This document shows positions 42,286 to 55,909 of a stretch of 64,000 nt of DNA, in pieces (within the stretch, counting starts at the first letter, position 1; every line of letters starts with the position of its first letter). Both the position numbers and the translations under genes were made by a program. Origin of the DNA: Octopus bimaculoides (lineage: Eukaryota); contig NC_068994.1 in assembly GCF_001194135.2 (NCBI RefSeq), forward strand, positions 8,755,940 through 8,819,939, read 5' to 3'. A model generated the notes under the pieces. It did not search any database. It had not been told where the DNA came from and saw nothing but the letters and a program-made list of their open reading frames with translations.

Positions 42286-42639
42286 TATACATACATCTAT
42301 ATACATATATATATACGTATGTATGTATGGAATTATATACATAAATATGTGCATACATTCACTCATAACGACACACATTACCACCGATAGCTTCTAGTCT
42401 AATGCAGATAAAAGATGAAAATAAATGAATAAAAATGCGATAAAAATCTTGCATTGTTGGTTAACTATGATAACAATGGGGACGGTAATAATGATGATGA
42501 TGATGACCATGATTCTGACTGCGACTACGACAACAACATCGACAATAATGTAGCCGAATGGTGAAAGGAACTAAGGTTGTGATGACGGTGAATTCTGATG
42601 AGAATGATGATAATATTCTTGATGAGCACGAAGTAAAAT

Positions 42640-42765
42640 TTTGGCAGAAAGGCAGAAGTTATTAGGAGTGCTCAGCTACTAATTCTTTCATCGACCTCGA
42701 AAGGTGAAGTCGAACTCCATGGAATTTGAACTCAGCACGTAAAAACGGGCGAAATGTCACTAAGC
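42640..42765 (-). mobile_element. Degraded SINE family C
   Basis: GAAGTCGAACTCCATGGAATTTGAACTCAG core. Confidence 0.55.
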
Positions 42766-43517
42766 GTGCAAATAATTCTCTCAGATCGCAGCCACCAACT
42801 TAAGAAATCGTGAAGACATTTTAGATGGCTCCTGCGGAGGGCTAATTGCTCCTATGCCCCAAATGCAATGTGAGCTAAATAGCATGATTCTCGTACATCT
42901 ATAATGATTATATTCCCCCGATGGTGCTTGATCAAAGGTTAAGGACGGATGAGAATTAATTCTGTAATGCAATCATTCTATTATTAAACTCTCAATTCCA
43001 ACCGTTGGCCAATTTGTCCCAAAGTTTTTATCCCGACGTAAAATTAAAGAAGCGAATGTAATTCATTTCTCCTTTATCTGACGTCATCTGACAAAACGCC
43101 AACCAGAACGGTGCCATTCAGCGAAGATTTACTTGCTAGAATTAGCAACCTAAATGTTTTTAAATCAGATCCCAATGATAGATGATTAAGAACCTAATGA
43201 AGGGCAAACTTTCAATCCCTGATCATTCTGATTCCAAAAATGTACAATATGTATATGTAGAGCGAATTTAGACTAAGATACAGGGGTTCAAGATAGACAG
43301 AATTTCACTTTTATCATAATAGTTAAACGATGCTATTTCATTTTGCTAAAGGAACGGTTTTTGTACTGGCAAAGTAAATAAATAAATAAATTTAAATTAC
43401 CTTAATTTCTTCAGCACGTGTAACCAAGAAGAGAAAACCCCAACTACCCGTATTGAGATCTCCGCTGTAACTGTTTCATTTTGTAACTTATACTTTTCCT
43501 TGTGAATTGTTTGCTCT

Positions 43518-43561
<44 letters not shown>

Positions 43562-43671
43562 CGGACGAGAGAGGGTGTTTGACGTGACGAAACTCCTCTT
43601 TACATGAAGCAAAACCACCAGACAAGTCATAAGTCATCCAGCAGAATGAATATATAGTCCTCGTGACTCCG

Positions 43672-43719
43672 ATAGAGGTATGTTTGTATGCGACATATAG
43701 AGGTATGTTTGTATGCGAC
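43672..43719. repeat. 23-bp direct duplication ATAGAGGTATGTTTGTATGCGAC, period 25
   Basis: Two identical copies. Confidence 0.9.
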
Positions 43720-44477
43720 CGTGAATATGTTTATGTTATGCTGTGGTTGTTCATGATGTGTGAAAATATTTTTTTTTTAACATAGTTTTCGACAAACAGT
43801 TATATCTAAAGTGAGTTAAGTGGAAACAATAAAACTGAATCAATAAGAATTTCGACGGTTACTGTATTGAATACTGTATCCAAAATGATTGTAATTCATT
43901 GAAATCATCATGTGTTGAAGAGAGAAGCACTGTCATCACGGTAGTCATGAGTTTAACTTTCAAAATATAGAAATGTGTCTCGAATTTACTTTACGTGTCC
44001 AGTGAGTTACAACTGTGAACATGTCTTGGTCTGTCATAAATGATCAGCATAGAATTGTTTTTTCAAGCTTTTATGATCAGCTGATAATTATTCCACACGG
44101 GAAAATATTTAAGATTTGTCAATGATTTTTGGCCAGGATCAGTTACATGATGAAAAAGATATTGAGCCAAGGGAACTCAAATGTGAAAATGTCTTGATTA
44201 TAGATTAGTAAATTTAAACTCGTACATATACACGCACGCATAAGTGTACAAAAATAATTCGTTGTAATTTGCTCCTTAAAGGAATATAAAAAAATATTGG
44301 CAATTGCTACTAACTCACTAAGAATCGGGGAAGATAATTAGAAAAGAAATTACTTTCACATAGTTAATTTGCATGCTTAGGGGAAGGAACCTTTGCTGGC
44401 AGGCAAGAATTAACAATGAAAGTGTTCTTTTCTTTCTTTTTTTTTTAAGGTGATGTGAATTATTAGTCAAGTGAAAT

Positions 44478-45385
44478 GCGGTGAGCTGGCAAAATCGTTG
44501 GTACGCCGAACAAAATGCTAAAGGCATTACGGCCGTCTTTACCTCCTGAGTTCAAATGCAATAGAGATCGATTGTGAATTTCATCCTTTCGGTGTCGATA
44601 AATTAAATACCATTTGCGCCACCAAAATTTCAAACTTGGTGCCTATGGTAACGACTTTTATGTTTCAGATTTTGCTAGGGCTGAATTTATCTGTCATTCT
44701 TTCAATGCCGAAAAAAATAATACTGGTTCGGCAATGGAGTCGATGTAATCGACAGTAGCTTTTCTCTAAAACATCGCTGTCCTTCTGCCTTGCTTTGAAA
44801 CCATTATTAGTGGAGATGAAACGTTAGTGAATTGGCAGAATCGCTTGAGCCTCGAACAAAATTCTTTTGTGTCGGTTGTTCCGACTAACTGTCTCTCGGT
44901 TCATATACACACGAAGGCAATATTGCCTTTCATATATAAGCTGTCGATGAAATAAAGAACCATACTCTACCATACAATATTTCAGCCGCTGTGCCTAATT
45001 AGACATCATTGTGAATCAGGAGTTTGGTCAAGATCTAATCCAAACGTTAGATCACTAGGAAAATGCTTTCCGTTATTTTCCTACGTTTTACGTTCACAGT
45101 CCAGAACCCACAATTGCTCTACCTAAGCTGTGATAAAATAATTAACAGCTGTTTATTGATGTCGATTTAATTAAATACGAAGGCGGCGAGATGGTGGAAT
45201 CGTCAGCACACCGGGCGAGAAGTTTGGTGATATTTCATCGGTCCTCGCGTTGTGAGTTCAAATTCCGCCCAGGTCGATTTTGCATTTCATATTTTCGGGG
45301 TCGACAAAATATGTACCAGTTAAGCACTTGGGTTATTGTAATAGACTTACTACCTCCCCCAAAATTGCAGGTCTCGTACCAATAT
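44478..45385 (+). mobile_element. Cluster of SINE family C copies (44478-44650, ~44830-44960, 45180-45385)
   Basis: Repeated GGCGGTGAGCTGGCA-type heads and TTTCATCCTTTCGGTGTCGATAAA bodies. Confidence 0.8.
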
Positions 45386-45673
45386 TTGAAACTCATTTAA
45401 TCCAGTACGCCCTTCTTTAAAATCTGCTGACATTATGCCTCAATTCAAAATCATTTGAGCTGTTAGTTAATATAATTATTTCAAGCTCTAACAAAATGTC
45501 TTTAAGTACCGAGGTCAACTTTCCGTTTCGTACATTCCAACTGGGTAAATAAAGAAGCATTCACGTACCAGGATTGATGTTATCGGGAAGCCTTCTCTCC
45601 CAAAATGAGATTCATTAAATTAGAGACAGTTATTTGCCAGGCTAATAAGCACCACCAGTAATTGAAACCTCAC

Positions 45674-45763
45674 CGTGAGTTACGGCTTAAACGGCGGTAA
45701 TTTCTACTTTCTGTTATAAAGATTTTTAAAGAAACACTTCGTGATTTCTGTTCGTGATTTCTG
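45674..45763 (-). CDS. Weak candidate exon (phase 2 to 2); RNHEQKSRSVSLKIFITESRNYRRLSRNS
   Basis: T-rich tract plus TTTAAG acceptor, ACG|GTGAGG donor, open frame; contains a 13-bp tandem duplication, which argues against coding. Confidence 0.15.
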
Positions 45764-45910
45764 CTTAAAGATCAAGCATTATTTTGAAACAAAAAAATAC
45801 AGACAAAAACTATTAATTTATAGCATCAGAGAACAATGACTAAGTTGTGTGTCTTTTGTTGCAACATTTAAATGTCAAAGTATTTTCCTTGAAGTCTGAT
45901 TAAAATTTAC

Positions 45911-45951
45911 CTTTGAACAACTTCAACTTGTATGTTTTCTTTCAAATCATA
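45911..45951 (-). CDS. Candidate short exon (phase 0 to 2); YDLKENIQVEVVQ
   Basis: ATTTGTTTTCCAG acceptor, AAG|GTAAAT donor, open frame. Short, so chance occurrence is possible. Confidence 0.3.
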
Positions 45952-46134
45952 CTGGAAAACAAATTATAATGTTTTATTTTTGAAAAATAGCAATCAACTG
46001 GGGGGAAAAATATTGCGGGAACTTGCCTAAAATTAAAACGATTTTCAGTATTTAATTTTATTGTTTTATGTTCACATCCCTCTAAAATCGAATTTTGATC
46101 TTTATATTTACGAGGTTGCTGCATTTTTCACGAT

Positions 46135-46166
<32 letters not shown>

Positions 46167-46451
46167 NNNNNNNNNNTTTTTTTTTTTTTTGTTTTGTTTT
46201 CTTTTTTCCGTTCTGCTCCAGGTCGGCTCTGAACAAGAAAATCTGAGATCAAAGTCATCGTAGTCATGAACATTAAACCCGAATTTCTTCCTTGATCATC
46301 AAAAACATCATCGTTCAATAAGCTGATGCTTTAAAAATCAGTCAAAAAGGGGACGACCTGAAGCTAATTCGAGTAATATTTCTTGTGGTTCGTGTGGCCT
46401 CCTACAGATTTTCATAGTTTAATGAATTTTACTCAACAGATTTCTTTCTGG

Positions 46452-46590
46452 CAGTGAGGTGGCAGAACCGTTAGCACACAGCAAAACATGCTTTGCGGTA
46501 TTTCGTTAATTTTTAGGTTCTGAGCTCAAATGTCACCGGGGTGGACATTGTATTCCATGCTTTCCCAGGAAATACTGGCTTTGAACCAAA
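46452..46590 (+). mobile_element. Partial SINE family C
   Basis: GAGGTGGCAGAACCGTTAGCAC head and TTCTGAGCTCAAAT B-box region. Confidence 0.65.
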
Positions 46591-47373
46591 ATTTAAAACT
46601 GATACATATAACTCTGTAAGGCAGCGTACTGGCGGAATCGTTAGCAGAATGTGTTTGTGTGTGTGTGAGCGTGTGTGTGTGTGTGAAGAACGTAGCTACC
46701 ACATGTCGGACCTCCCATATCTATCAATATATTCGTTTTAGAAACGATAAAATTGCATTTTTCATCGATTAAGTGCTGGTAAGAAATCATACACTGTTAG
46801 CGGATTAGAAGCTCATGATGTATGCTGGATTAAATCGAATTATTTTCGAGACAAATCGATCAAATACGATTTGATTGGCAGGCCTGCTACAGTAATTCAA
46901 TAGCAACTTCACTCAAGCTTCTACAGTTCGAAATTGCCAGGGAGATAAGTATTAAATTTCATGAGCAAATACATACGTACTTACGTACAAACACGAACAG
47001 TTACATGCACTCACGTACGCATGCACACATACGCGCGCACACAAACACAAACGCATACACACATACATATTTATAAATATATAGCTATTGACATATAGTG
47101 GTCGATACATAAATAAATAAACACACACAAACTGTGGACATATTTCAACGCAAATAATATTTGACATTTAAACATACACACAAACACTATACATATATAT
47201 ATATATATATATGTGTATGTATGTATATATATATATATGTGTATGTATGTATATATATATATATATATGTGTATGTATGTGTATGTATGTATATATATAT
47301 ATATGTGTATGTATGTATATATATATATATGTGTATGTATGTATATATATATATATGTGTATGTATGTGTATG

Positions 47374-47431
<58 letters not shown>

Positions 47432-47669
47432 TATATATACACATATATATTATATATATAGATAAATACATAGATGTAGATGTAATCACTATATATATAT
47501 ATATATATCGATATATAAATATTATTTCTAGAGACAGGATTGCTCATATTAAACGAAATGAGAAAGTCTCCGATCGCTTAAATAAATGATTGAAATACAG
47601 CGGCGAGTCTAACTTGTCCTTCTGACGAAAGATGAGTACAAAAAATGAACCATAAACTTTTAATCGTCC

Positions 47670-47788
47670 TTCAATGTATGAAAGGCAAAGTCAACAGCAT
47701 CGGGATTTGACCTCAGAACATAAGAACGGACGAAATACTGCTAAGCATTACGACCGGTGTGCTAGACATTCTGCCAGTTCGCCGCCTT
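47670..47788 (-). mobile_element. SINE family C, 5' half
   Basis: TGAAAGGCAAAGTCAAC...TTCTGCCAGTTCGCCGCC. Confidence 0.8.
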
Positions 47789-48858
47789 TATATCAAATTA
47801 AAGATTAACAACTAATATTTCGAGTCATAATTGATACATTTCATTTGTAACAGTTGTACAGCAGACGGTCTTTATATACAGTTTGGTGCCCAAACTTTGA
47901 TGCAGATTATACGTGGTGGCCTATGATATATGTTATTTCATTAACAGAGGCAGGTTGAAATGATAGACTCTTCTCAAGCAAGATATATACTCTGAATGAA
48001 TCTGAATACCATAAGGTGTGTTTTTCTGTCATTTCCCTGGGAGATATATTCACCGAAAAGAATAGTCTATACTTGCCGACCTTTCTTTCATTGACCTCGT
48101 TCATTCTGACGGATGAATGGAAAACTTGAACTCGATAGGATTTCAGATTTAGAACTTACGACGTAAGTATGTATTTCATGTTATTTTGTCTGACGTTTTA
48201 CCAATAACACTTCTTTTCATACAATATATAATTATTATTTTGTTCATTTTGTAGAAGGCAAGTAGAAAAAACAAACGAATAAAAGAATGTCAATGGAATA
48301 CGACTCACAGTTTTGGCTGAGAAAAGTGTCGCTTTTCATTTAAGCGCTATAAATAATGGTTAAAGAAATTACATAATATTTTAAGTAAGATATCAACAGA
48401 TAATACATGACTTGTATACAATAGCAACACAATTTGTACAATGTCATTACACGTATGTTAACATAAAGGTGAAATCAATGTTATTCAATGAAACAACGGA
48501 ATCCTCCACCACCAAATCCAAACAAGTAATTTATGGAAGGTTTCCGTTACGTTGGCCTTTTTCTCGTGATATTTACTTTTTTTCTCTCTCTCTCTCTCGA
48601 TTCGAACATAGTGTTACCAATTTACAACAAAGTTTAATAGATTTGTATCGTTCTCTAGTGTATTACAAACACATTTCTGTCTCACTTTCGCTGGCGTAAA
48701 ACATACAAGTAAACACGATACGGGGCATGGACACAGAAGCAAGATCTCAGTATTTCAATTATTCAACCAAGTAGAGGCTGTTATTGGTTATTCCCTACCC
48801 CGTTATTGTCCATATATGTTGTAAAATGGTAGAACCATTCGGTTGTCTGACAGCTTAC

Positions 48859-49101
48859 CTTGCTGTATGTGTTACGTGCAACTTTAAACACTGTTTCATC
48901 CAATCAGAATCGATGAAGTGCCTTTGAATTACTTCTCTCTCCTGTCCTTCTCGCCCCTTCTTTTTCCTCCTGCCTCTCTTTCTCGGAATCGGCAATGTTG
49001 TGCCGTGAGAAGAGTTGCAGGCGAACAAAATGTTTCTTTTTCCCAAAACGATGTCGAATTGAGAGGAGGAGGAAAAGCCATGAAATGTGTTGCGGGATCA
49101 T
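48859..49101 (-). CDS. Candidate first coding exon: signal-peptide-like MIPQHISWLFLLLSIRH..., in-frame TGA at 48904-48906, then LDETVFKVARNTYSK
   Basis: Strong AAG|GTAAGC donor in phase 0, compatible with exon 45911-45951; hydrophobic start; one stop interrupts the frame, so the 5' boundary is unresolved. Confidence 0.25.
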
Positions 49102-50039
49102 CTCTCAACACGTTCCTTTTTCACAGAAATAATCAAAAGTTTAGTGAAGAAGGACAGCAACAGCTTGTCATATAAAAACAAAAATACTATATCCACTGTA
49201 AATGTCCATGATCAGCCCTATGTGCGGTAAACCAAATAGCAGAAATTAATAACAAGAAATGGTTTATATAATATAATTTTAAAAGTTTAAACAATAACAA
49301 ATATTTCAGCATTCCACCATTCCTCGACCCACTGCATAATATTCTCCGACATTTAGTCACACAGACTGACGTTTAGATTAAACTGGTAAATCAGATTAAT
49401 TCGAAGAAATTGTTTTCTTTTGTAATTATTATAACAGGAAACTTTTCTGAAGAATATTTAATTTAAATATAATCTAAAGAATCTGAAATGAAATAACTGT
49501 CAGCATTTCTCTCGCAGGTATGAATTAATTCAGATAGAATGTGTGGAGCATTATCATAGTCAATCAACAGAGAGTATATTAGGATGTAGAAGGAATTAGA
49601 GTTACAGGAAATAAATGTCACGTTTAATTTAAATGCCATTTATAATAATTTCAAGTCATGTAACAAATATTACTTTAAGTTAGGGAATTAAAAGTTTTAC
49701 TACTAAGGATTCAATTTATTTAAATATATATAAACTGCCCCACGGACCCTTGGTTTTAAGTAGCCGGCTTAATTAACTAACACGCACGTTTGCTTCATTT
49801 TAATCACTCAAATGAGATACGTGTACACATGAGTAAATATGTGCTTGACTAATTACACTGAACACTAAACCCTTTAAAAAATTCGCAATTCCTTTCACGG
49901 ATCACTCACAACTAACATTTACGTTGACGCTCAACAAACCTCGGACCGGAATATTAAAACCGCAGGTCTTATTGATCTCTTAAATAACAGTACAAGACAC
50001 AATTACAAATTATATAATATGGAAGATATGTAAAAACAC

Positions 50040-50150
50040 AAACAAACAAAAGTCGGCCTCGGAGGAATTTGAACTCAGAACGAGGCGGCAGACGAAATAG
50101 CTCTAAGCCTTTCGCCCGGCATGCTAACGTTTCTGCCAGCACACCACCTT
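50040..50150 (-). mobile_element. SINE family C, 5' half
   Basis: AAAGTCGGCCTCGGAGGAATTTGAACTCAGAACG...TTTCTGCCAGCACACCACC. Confidence 0.8.
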
Positions 50151-50982
50151 GAACGCAATACATATTATGTTAAGCTTGGTACTTATTCTTTATCATCACA
50201 GTTTGTTGAAGCGCTTTGTTACAAGAACGTAAACAAACACAAACAAACAGGTTATAAGAGCAATGAAACTATAAACAATTAAATAAGGTGTCGGCTGATT
50301 ATATGAATAAGAAGTTCCGGTCGTAATGAAGCAGTTTCAGTATCAATCTTACTATATGGCTCCTTGGGCAATTATCATTCCTTGAAACCCCGGATTGATT
50401 TACGCATTTGAGAAGCCTGTCCTATGCTCGTTTATGTCTGCATTTCCACACATGAAGACCGGGCTAGAGATTCGGCAATATGGCTGAGAAAGTAAGTACC
50501 AGAAATGAGTGAAACAATTAAAAAACTAAGTTATTTAATAAATATTTTCTGTGATTTTGTTAAAATTCCGGGTTATTCCCTTCAAATTGGAGAGAGAACT
50601 ATTTTATACACACTCTTAAAGATTCAAAGTTGTGTACATATTCTATGATCGAGCATGATACCAAAAATAATATAGTTCCCTATGAAAACTGAGAACGTAC
50701 TTCGGCAAAAAATGCAGTATTGCCGTTATGATTATGTTGTTAAAATTCAGATCAGTCCCGATCAAACAAACCAATGATTATCGAACTTCCAGATATTTTA
50801 AACTACATGATTACATTATCGAAAGTATAAATTATTATTATTATTTTGCAGAAAGATGCGATTTGATATAAGGTTATCATTAGATCGTCTGGGAAAGAAA
50901 TTTCATCATTATAATGTGAAAAATGTACTTTTACAAAACAATGAGAATTTTAATAAAGAAAAGAAGAATGTTGTTGTTCATG

Positions 50983-51320
50983 ATGATGACGGTGATGATG
51001 ATGACGGTGATGACGATGACGGTGATGACGATGACGGTGATGACGATGACGGTGATGACGATGACGGTGATGACGATGACGGTGATGACGATGACGGTGA
51101 TGANNNNNNNNNNNNNNNNNNNNNNNNNNNNNNNNNNNNNNNNNNNNNNNNNNNNNNNNNNNNNNNNNNNNNNNNNNNNNNNCGGTGATGATGATGACGG
51201 TGATGATGATGACGGTGATGATGATGACGGTGATGATGATGACGGTGATGATGATGACGGTGATGATGATGACGGTGATGATGATGACGGTGATGATGAT
51301 GAGGGTGATGATGATGATGG
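50983..51320. repeat. 15-bp minisatellite built on GAT/GAC/GGT triplets, spanning a gap
   Basis: GACGGTGATGACGAT units left of the gap, GACGGTGATGATGAT units right of it. Confidence 0.95.
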
Positions 51321-51502
51321 TAGCGATATTTTGTGCGAAGAAGAGCTGATCGAGCAGAACTAAGATCGATAATATTCCAACCGTGACCATGCCGCCTTTA
51401 TTTTTGGATATAATGAGGTCCTATGTGACCATTATGCAAACCATTCTCCCTACATTCAGTTGGTAAATAACTGACGAGCTGGAAGGCTTTTTTTTTTTTG
51501 TT

Positions 51503-51620
51503 GAGCGACTATGTGGTAAGAAGCTTGATTTCCAGCCACATGGTTCCGGGTTCAGTCCCAATGAATATTTTTTTTTTATAGCATCGGGTGGATCAAATTG
51601 TTGTGAGTGGATTTTGAAGC
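51503..51620 (+). mobile_element. Partial SINE family B
   Basis: GTGGTAAGAAGCTTG...CCACATGGTTCCGGGTTCAGTCCC head and GTGAGTGGATTT body remnant. Confidence 0.75.
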
Positions 51621-52370
51621 CCTTCAGATAAAAATTACACAAAGTGATTTAAACGACATTTCACTGCAGTTACTAGCAGGTCGAGTATATTTTTGGTGAT
51701 TGAAAGATGGCAGTGAAAAGCTCATTTCTTGACTTATATTCCAATGAATTTTTACTGCTGCAATACATGTAATCATATATTTTATTCATTTTTTTTTTCA
51801 ACGAACTGCTTTCAGCTCAAGTTGCATATATATTTTGAGGAGCTTAATAATAGTATAGTCCTTAGAGATGCATTATGTGCGTATCAATGTAAAATTGCAG
51901 TTCTCTCAATAAAAAGTAAGCGAATACTATAAATCTTGGGAGTAAAGTAAGTAGTATAGAAAGCGATTCCTTTTATATGGTTATAACGTAATAGATTTCT
52001 CATATGTGTGTGTGTGTGCATGTGTGTAAGTGGATGTGTATATATGGGTATGTGAATATGGGTGTGTATATGTATATATGTGTATGTGTAGTGAGAGAGA
52101 GAGAGAGAGAAAGGGAGTAACGCATAGTAACGGGAGAGTTAGAGAGAGGTGCACACTTTGGGCATACACGCATACACACTGATCATTGCTTTCTCTTTTT
52201 CTCTCATCTCTGAATATATATATATATATATATATATATGTAAATATATTTATATATATATGTATGTAGACATAGATATATATATATATATAGACTTATA
52301 TATATGGATATATATACACCTATATAAATATATATACATGTATATATGTGTATATATATACGTATAAATG

Positions 52371-52414
<44 letters not shown>

Positions 52415-52904
52415 TACGTATCGACGCACACATATACTGTTAGGCTATATCAAATACCATGCAAGCCAAATTCATGATTTATTGAAATTATCTTCCATTC
52501 GAGAGACTAGCAAAGGAAAGCCTTGCATGAATTTCGTTCGACTCTATGGGAAGAGGGAAGAAAATCTCAAGAAGAACCGCTTCTCTTAAATTAAAAAGTC
52601 ATTAAGCAAATAAGATCTCGGTTCTTGAAAAGAAACAGACAACTGTCGACATGTATTGCTGCAACAAGATTCCATCATCAGTACAACGATCTGCCTACAG
52701 CAGCTGTGAGGCTTAGACATAAAATTTGATTTCATCACATTTTGGTTTTATGTACTTGAACAAAAATAAGGAAAGAGAAATCAATGAGTTATCAGTAACT
52801 TGAGTATATATTTGTTGTTTTATATTTTATTTGTTTAATCATTGGACTGTGGCAATCTTGGGACACCGCCTTGAAGAAACGACCCCGCAACATATTCTTT
52901 TCTC

Positions 52905-53228
52905 TTCAAGGCACAAGGCCCGAAATTTTTGGTGAGGAAGCCAATCGATTAGATAGACTCCAATGAGCAACTGTTAAGCATTTCGGCCAACGTGCTAACG
53001 TTTCTTATTTCTTTATTGTGCACAAGGGGCTAAGCCTAGAGAGGACAAACAAGGACAGACAAAGGAGTTAAGTCGACTAGATCGACCCCAGTGCCTAACT
53101 GGTACTTAATTCATCGACTCCGAAAGGATGAAAGGCAAAGTCGACCTCGGCAGAATTTGAACTCAGAACGAGACAACAGACGAAATACCATTAAGCGTTT
53201 CACCCGGCCAGCTGACAGCCTTCACCGC
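52905..53228 (-). mobile_element. Composite SINE family C (full copy joined to an older, internally deleted copy)
   Basis: Full copy at about 53003-53228; its 3' tail runs directly into a second head GAAACGTTAGCACG. Confidence 0.85.
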
Positions 53229-53377
53229 AGAACATATGTTATTTTTATTTTGTCGTCTCTGTTCGTGGAAATATACCGACGAAGCGTTGAGGGGGGAGCA
53301 TAAAGACACACAAAAGAACAAACTCAGACACACAGACACACATACATGTGTGTGTGTGTGTGTGTGTGTGCGCGTGT

Positions 53378-53409
<32 letters not shown>

Positions 53410-53836
53410 TCTGATAGTTCATCATTGTACCAGAATCAAATGAATTGTTCCTTTGATCCATTGGATCATCCAGTGCAGTATTTCCAATACCTGCAACGAT
53501 GAAACGTGCGCATGAACTAAATGTGTCTACGAGTGTTTCTCTTAATTTCCATTAAGTATGCTCAGTATATCGTAACTAGTAGTATTGGTAAGTGAAGTAA
53601 TCGGCTAAGCACTATACTAGAAGCCGACTGATAATGAAAATTTACCTAGAGCTGTAAGTAGGTTATTGTTAAAAAAAAAAAAATATCGAACGTGGAGAAT
53701 GCGGAGAAAGCAAACCGTAGACATGTGACGGATGTCGATGCAGAACTCTGAGTGCATCCATGAATGAGTCTAAAGATAGGCAGGAGAACAGAGCCAGAGA
53801 TAGAGAGAAGAAGAAGAAGAAGAGAGCGCGAGGGAA

Positions 53837-53872
<36 letters not shown>

Positions 53873-53985
53873 TGTGTGTGTGTAGGAGAAGCATATGTAT
53901 GCGTGAGAGAAGGATAAACAAGTGTGAGAACGCGAAAAAACGGTGAATAATCATTTGATTACACGCTGCTTTCATTTAGGTACAT

Positions 53986-54030
<45 letters not shown>

Positions 54031-54475
54031 NNNNNNNNNNNNNNNNNNNNNNNNNNNNNNNNNNNNNNNNNNNNNNNNNNNNNNNNNNNNNNNNNNNNNN
54101 NNNNNNNNNNNNNNNNNNNNNNNNNNNNNNNNNNNNNNNNNNNNNNNNNNNNNNNNNNNNNNNNNNNNNNNNNNNNNNNNNNNNNNNNNNNNNNNNNNNN
54201 NNNNNNNNNNNNNNNNNNNNNNNNNNNNNNNNNNNNNNNNNNNNNNNNNNNNNNNNNNNNNNNNNNNNNNNNNNNNNNNNNNNNNNNNNNNNNNNNNNNN
54301 NNNNNNNNNNNNNNNNNNNNNNNNNNNNNNNNNNNNNNNNNNNNNNNNNNNNNNNNNNNNNNNNNNNNNNNNNNNNNNNNNNNNNNNNNNNNNNNNNNNN
54401 NNNNNNNNNNNNNNNNNNNNNNNNNNNNNNNNNNNNNNNNNNNNNNNNNNNNNNNNNNNNNNNNNNNNNNNNNNN

Positions 54476-54510
<35 letters not shown>

Positions 54511-55208
54511 TTGTGTTTGTCTGTACGTATATGTATGCGTTTCCAGTTGTTCGGTAGATGAAATGTTATATAATGCGTATAATCACACGCTGTTTACAGT
54601 TCGGTCAATAGATATATATGTCATGTATACACACACGATTACAGATGCATGTATATGCATACTTACAATCATAACCCCCACCTACCCGTATATATATATA
54701 TATATACATATACATACATTTAAGTGCATGTTATGTATATATTTTACATGCTTGTATTCCATAGTTTTCTATAAATAAATATATATATGTGTGTGTGTGT
54801 TTGTGTGTGTATGCATGCATGTACCTATGCAGGTTAGAACACGTGCATTTGTTGTTTACAATTGCAGGCACATTTTCAAAAGTGTATAAATGCATGACAG
54901 TCCTTGATCTTATGTGTGCTTAAAGGTCCACACACATGCGCGCATAATCTTTCAAACGCATCGACTGCGCACATGCACACACAAACACAAGACTAAAGCA
55001 AAGATTATGTATAAAACCCGAAATGGAGATTAACATTACTCGTTGCATTAAATGGGCACCAGATAAAATAGATTAATGTACATTATGTATACGTTTTGTG
55101 CATATAATATACATCTTTGCATATATGCCGGCGCACAAACACAAACACACACACACACATATATATACATATATATATACTTACACACATGCTTATATAT
55201 ATGTATGT

Positions 55209-55240
<32 letters not shown>

Positions 55241-55871
55241 ATGTTTATATATGTATATATGCATATGTATATATATGCATATATGTTTATATATATATAT
55301 ATATGCATGCTTCACGTTTACACGATATAGATAAGGGAGAGAAAGAGATGAAGTGAAAGAGAATAAATACGGATACATTTGAGTGCAGGTTGTGTGCAGC
55401 CTGCGTGAGTGATGAATAAAAGCATTCCACCTGATGGTGATATGATTCAGTCAGAATTCCGTGGAGCGTATTTTAAATAACTAAGATTTAAAAAAAAAAG
55501 ATACTAATACCAAATATTATTTATTTCGGGGAAGAATGTTATCGTTATAAGGCCTGAGATTTTTCGGGGAAGGTCTAGCTGATTACATTGAACCCGGCTT
55601 GATGAAAGGATGAAGGGTAATGACTACATCAACGGATGGGTCATCTGTTCAGACAACATTCATTTGATTGAAGAAACGAGCTAATATTCCACACATACAT
55701 TCGATCACTTTAAACAAATCATTTGTGCCGGTTACTCGGCAAAAGCTGAGCATCCATACGACGTTTACGATAGGAGAGTCCATCATATATACATATGTGA
55801 GAGAGAGAGAGAGAGAGAAAGAGAGACAGAGAGTGAGTGAGTGAGTGAGTGAGTGAGTGAGTGAGTGAGTG

Positions 55872-55909
<38 letters not shown>

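Noticed and set aside
43401-43520. Minus frame EISIRVVGVFSSWLHVLKKL with an AAG|GTAATT donor, resembling LSLGVAAIFGP
   Set aside because: No pyrimidine tract and no phase-2 acceptor; the hydrophobicity comes from a T-rich patch.
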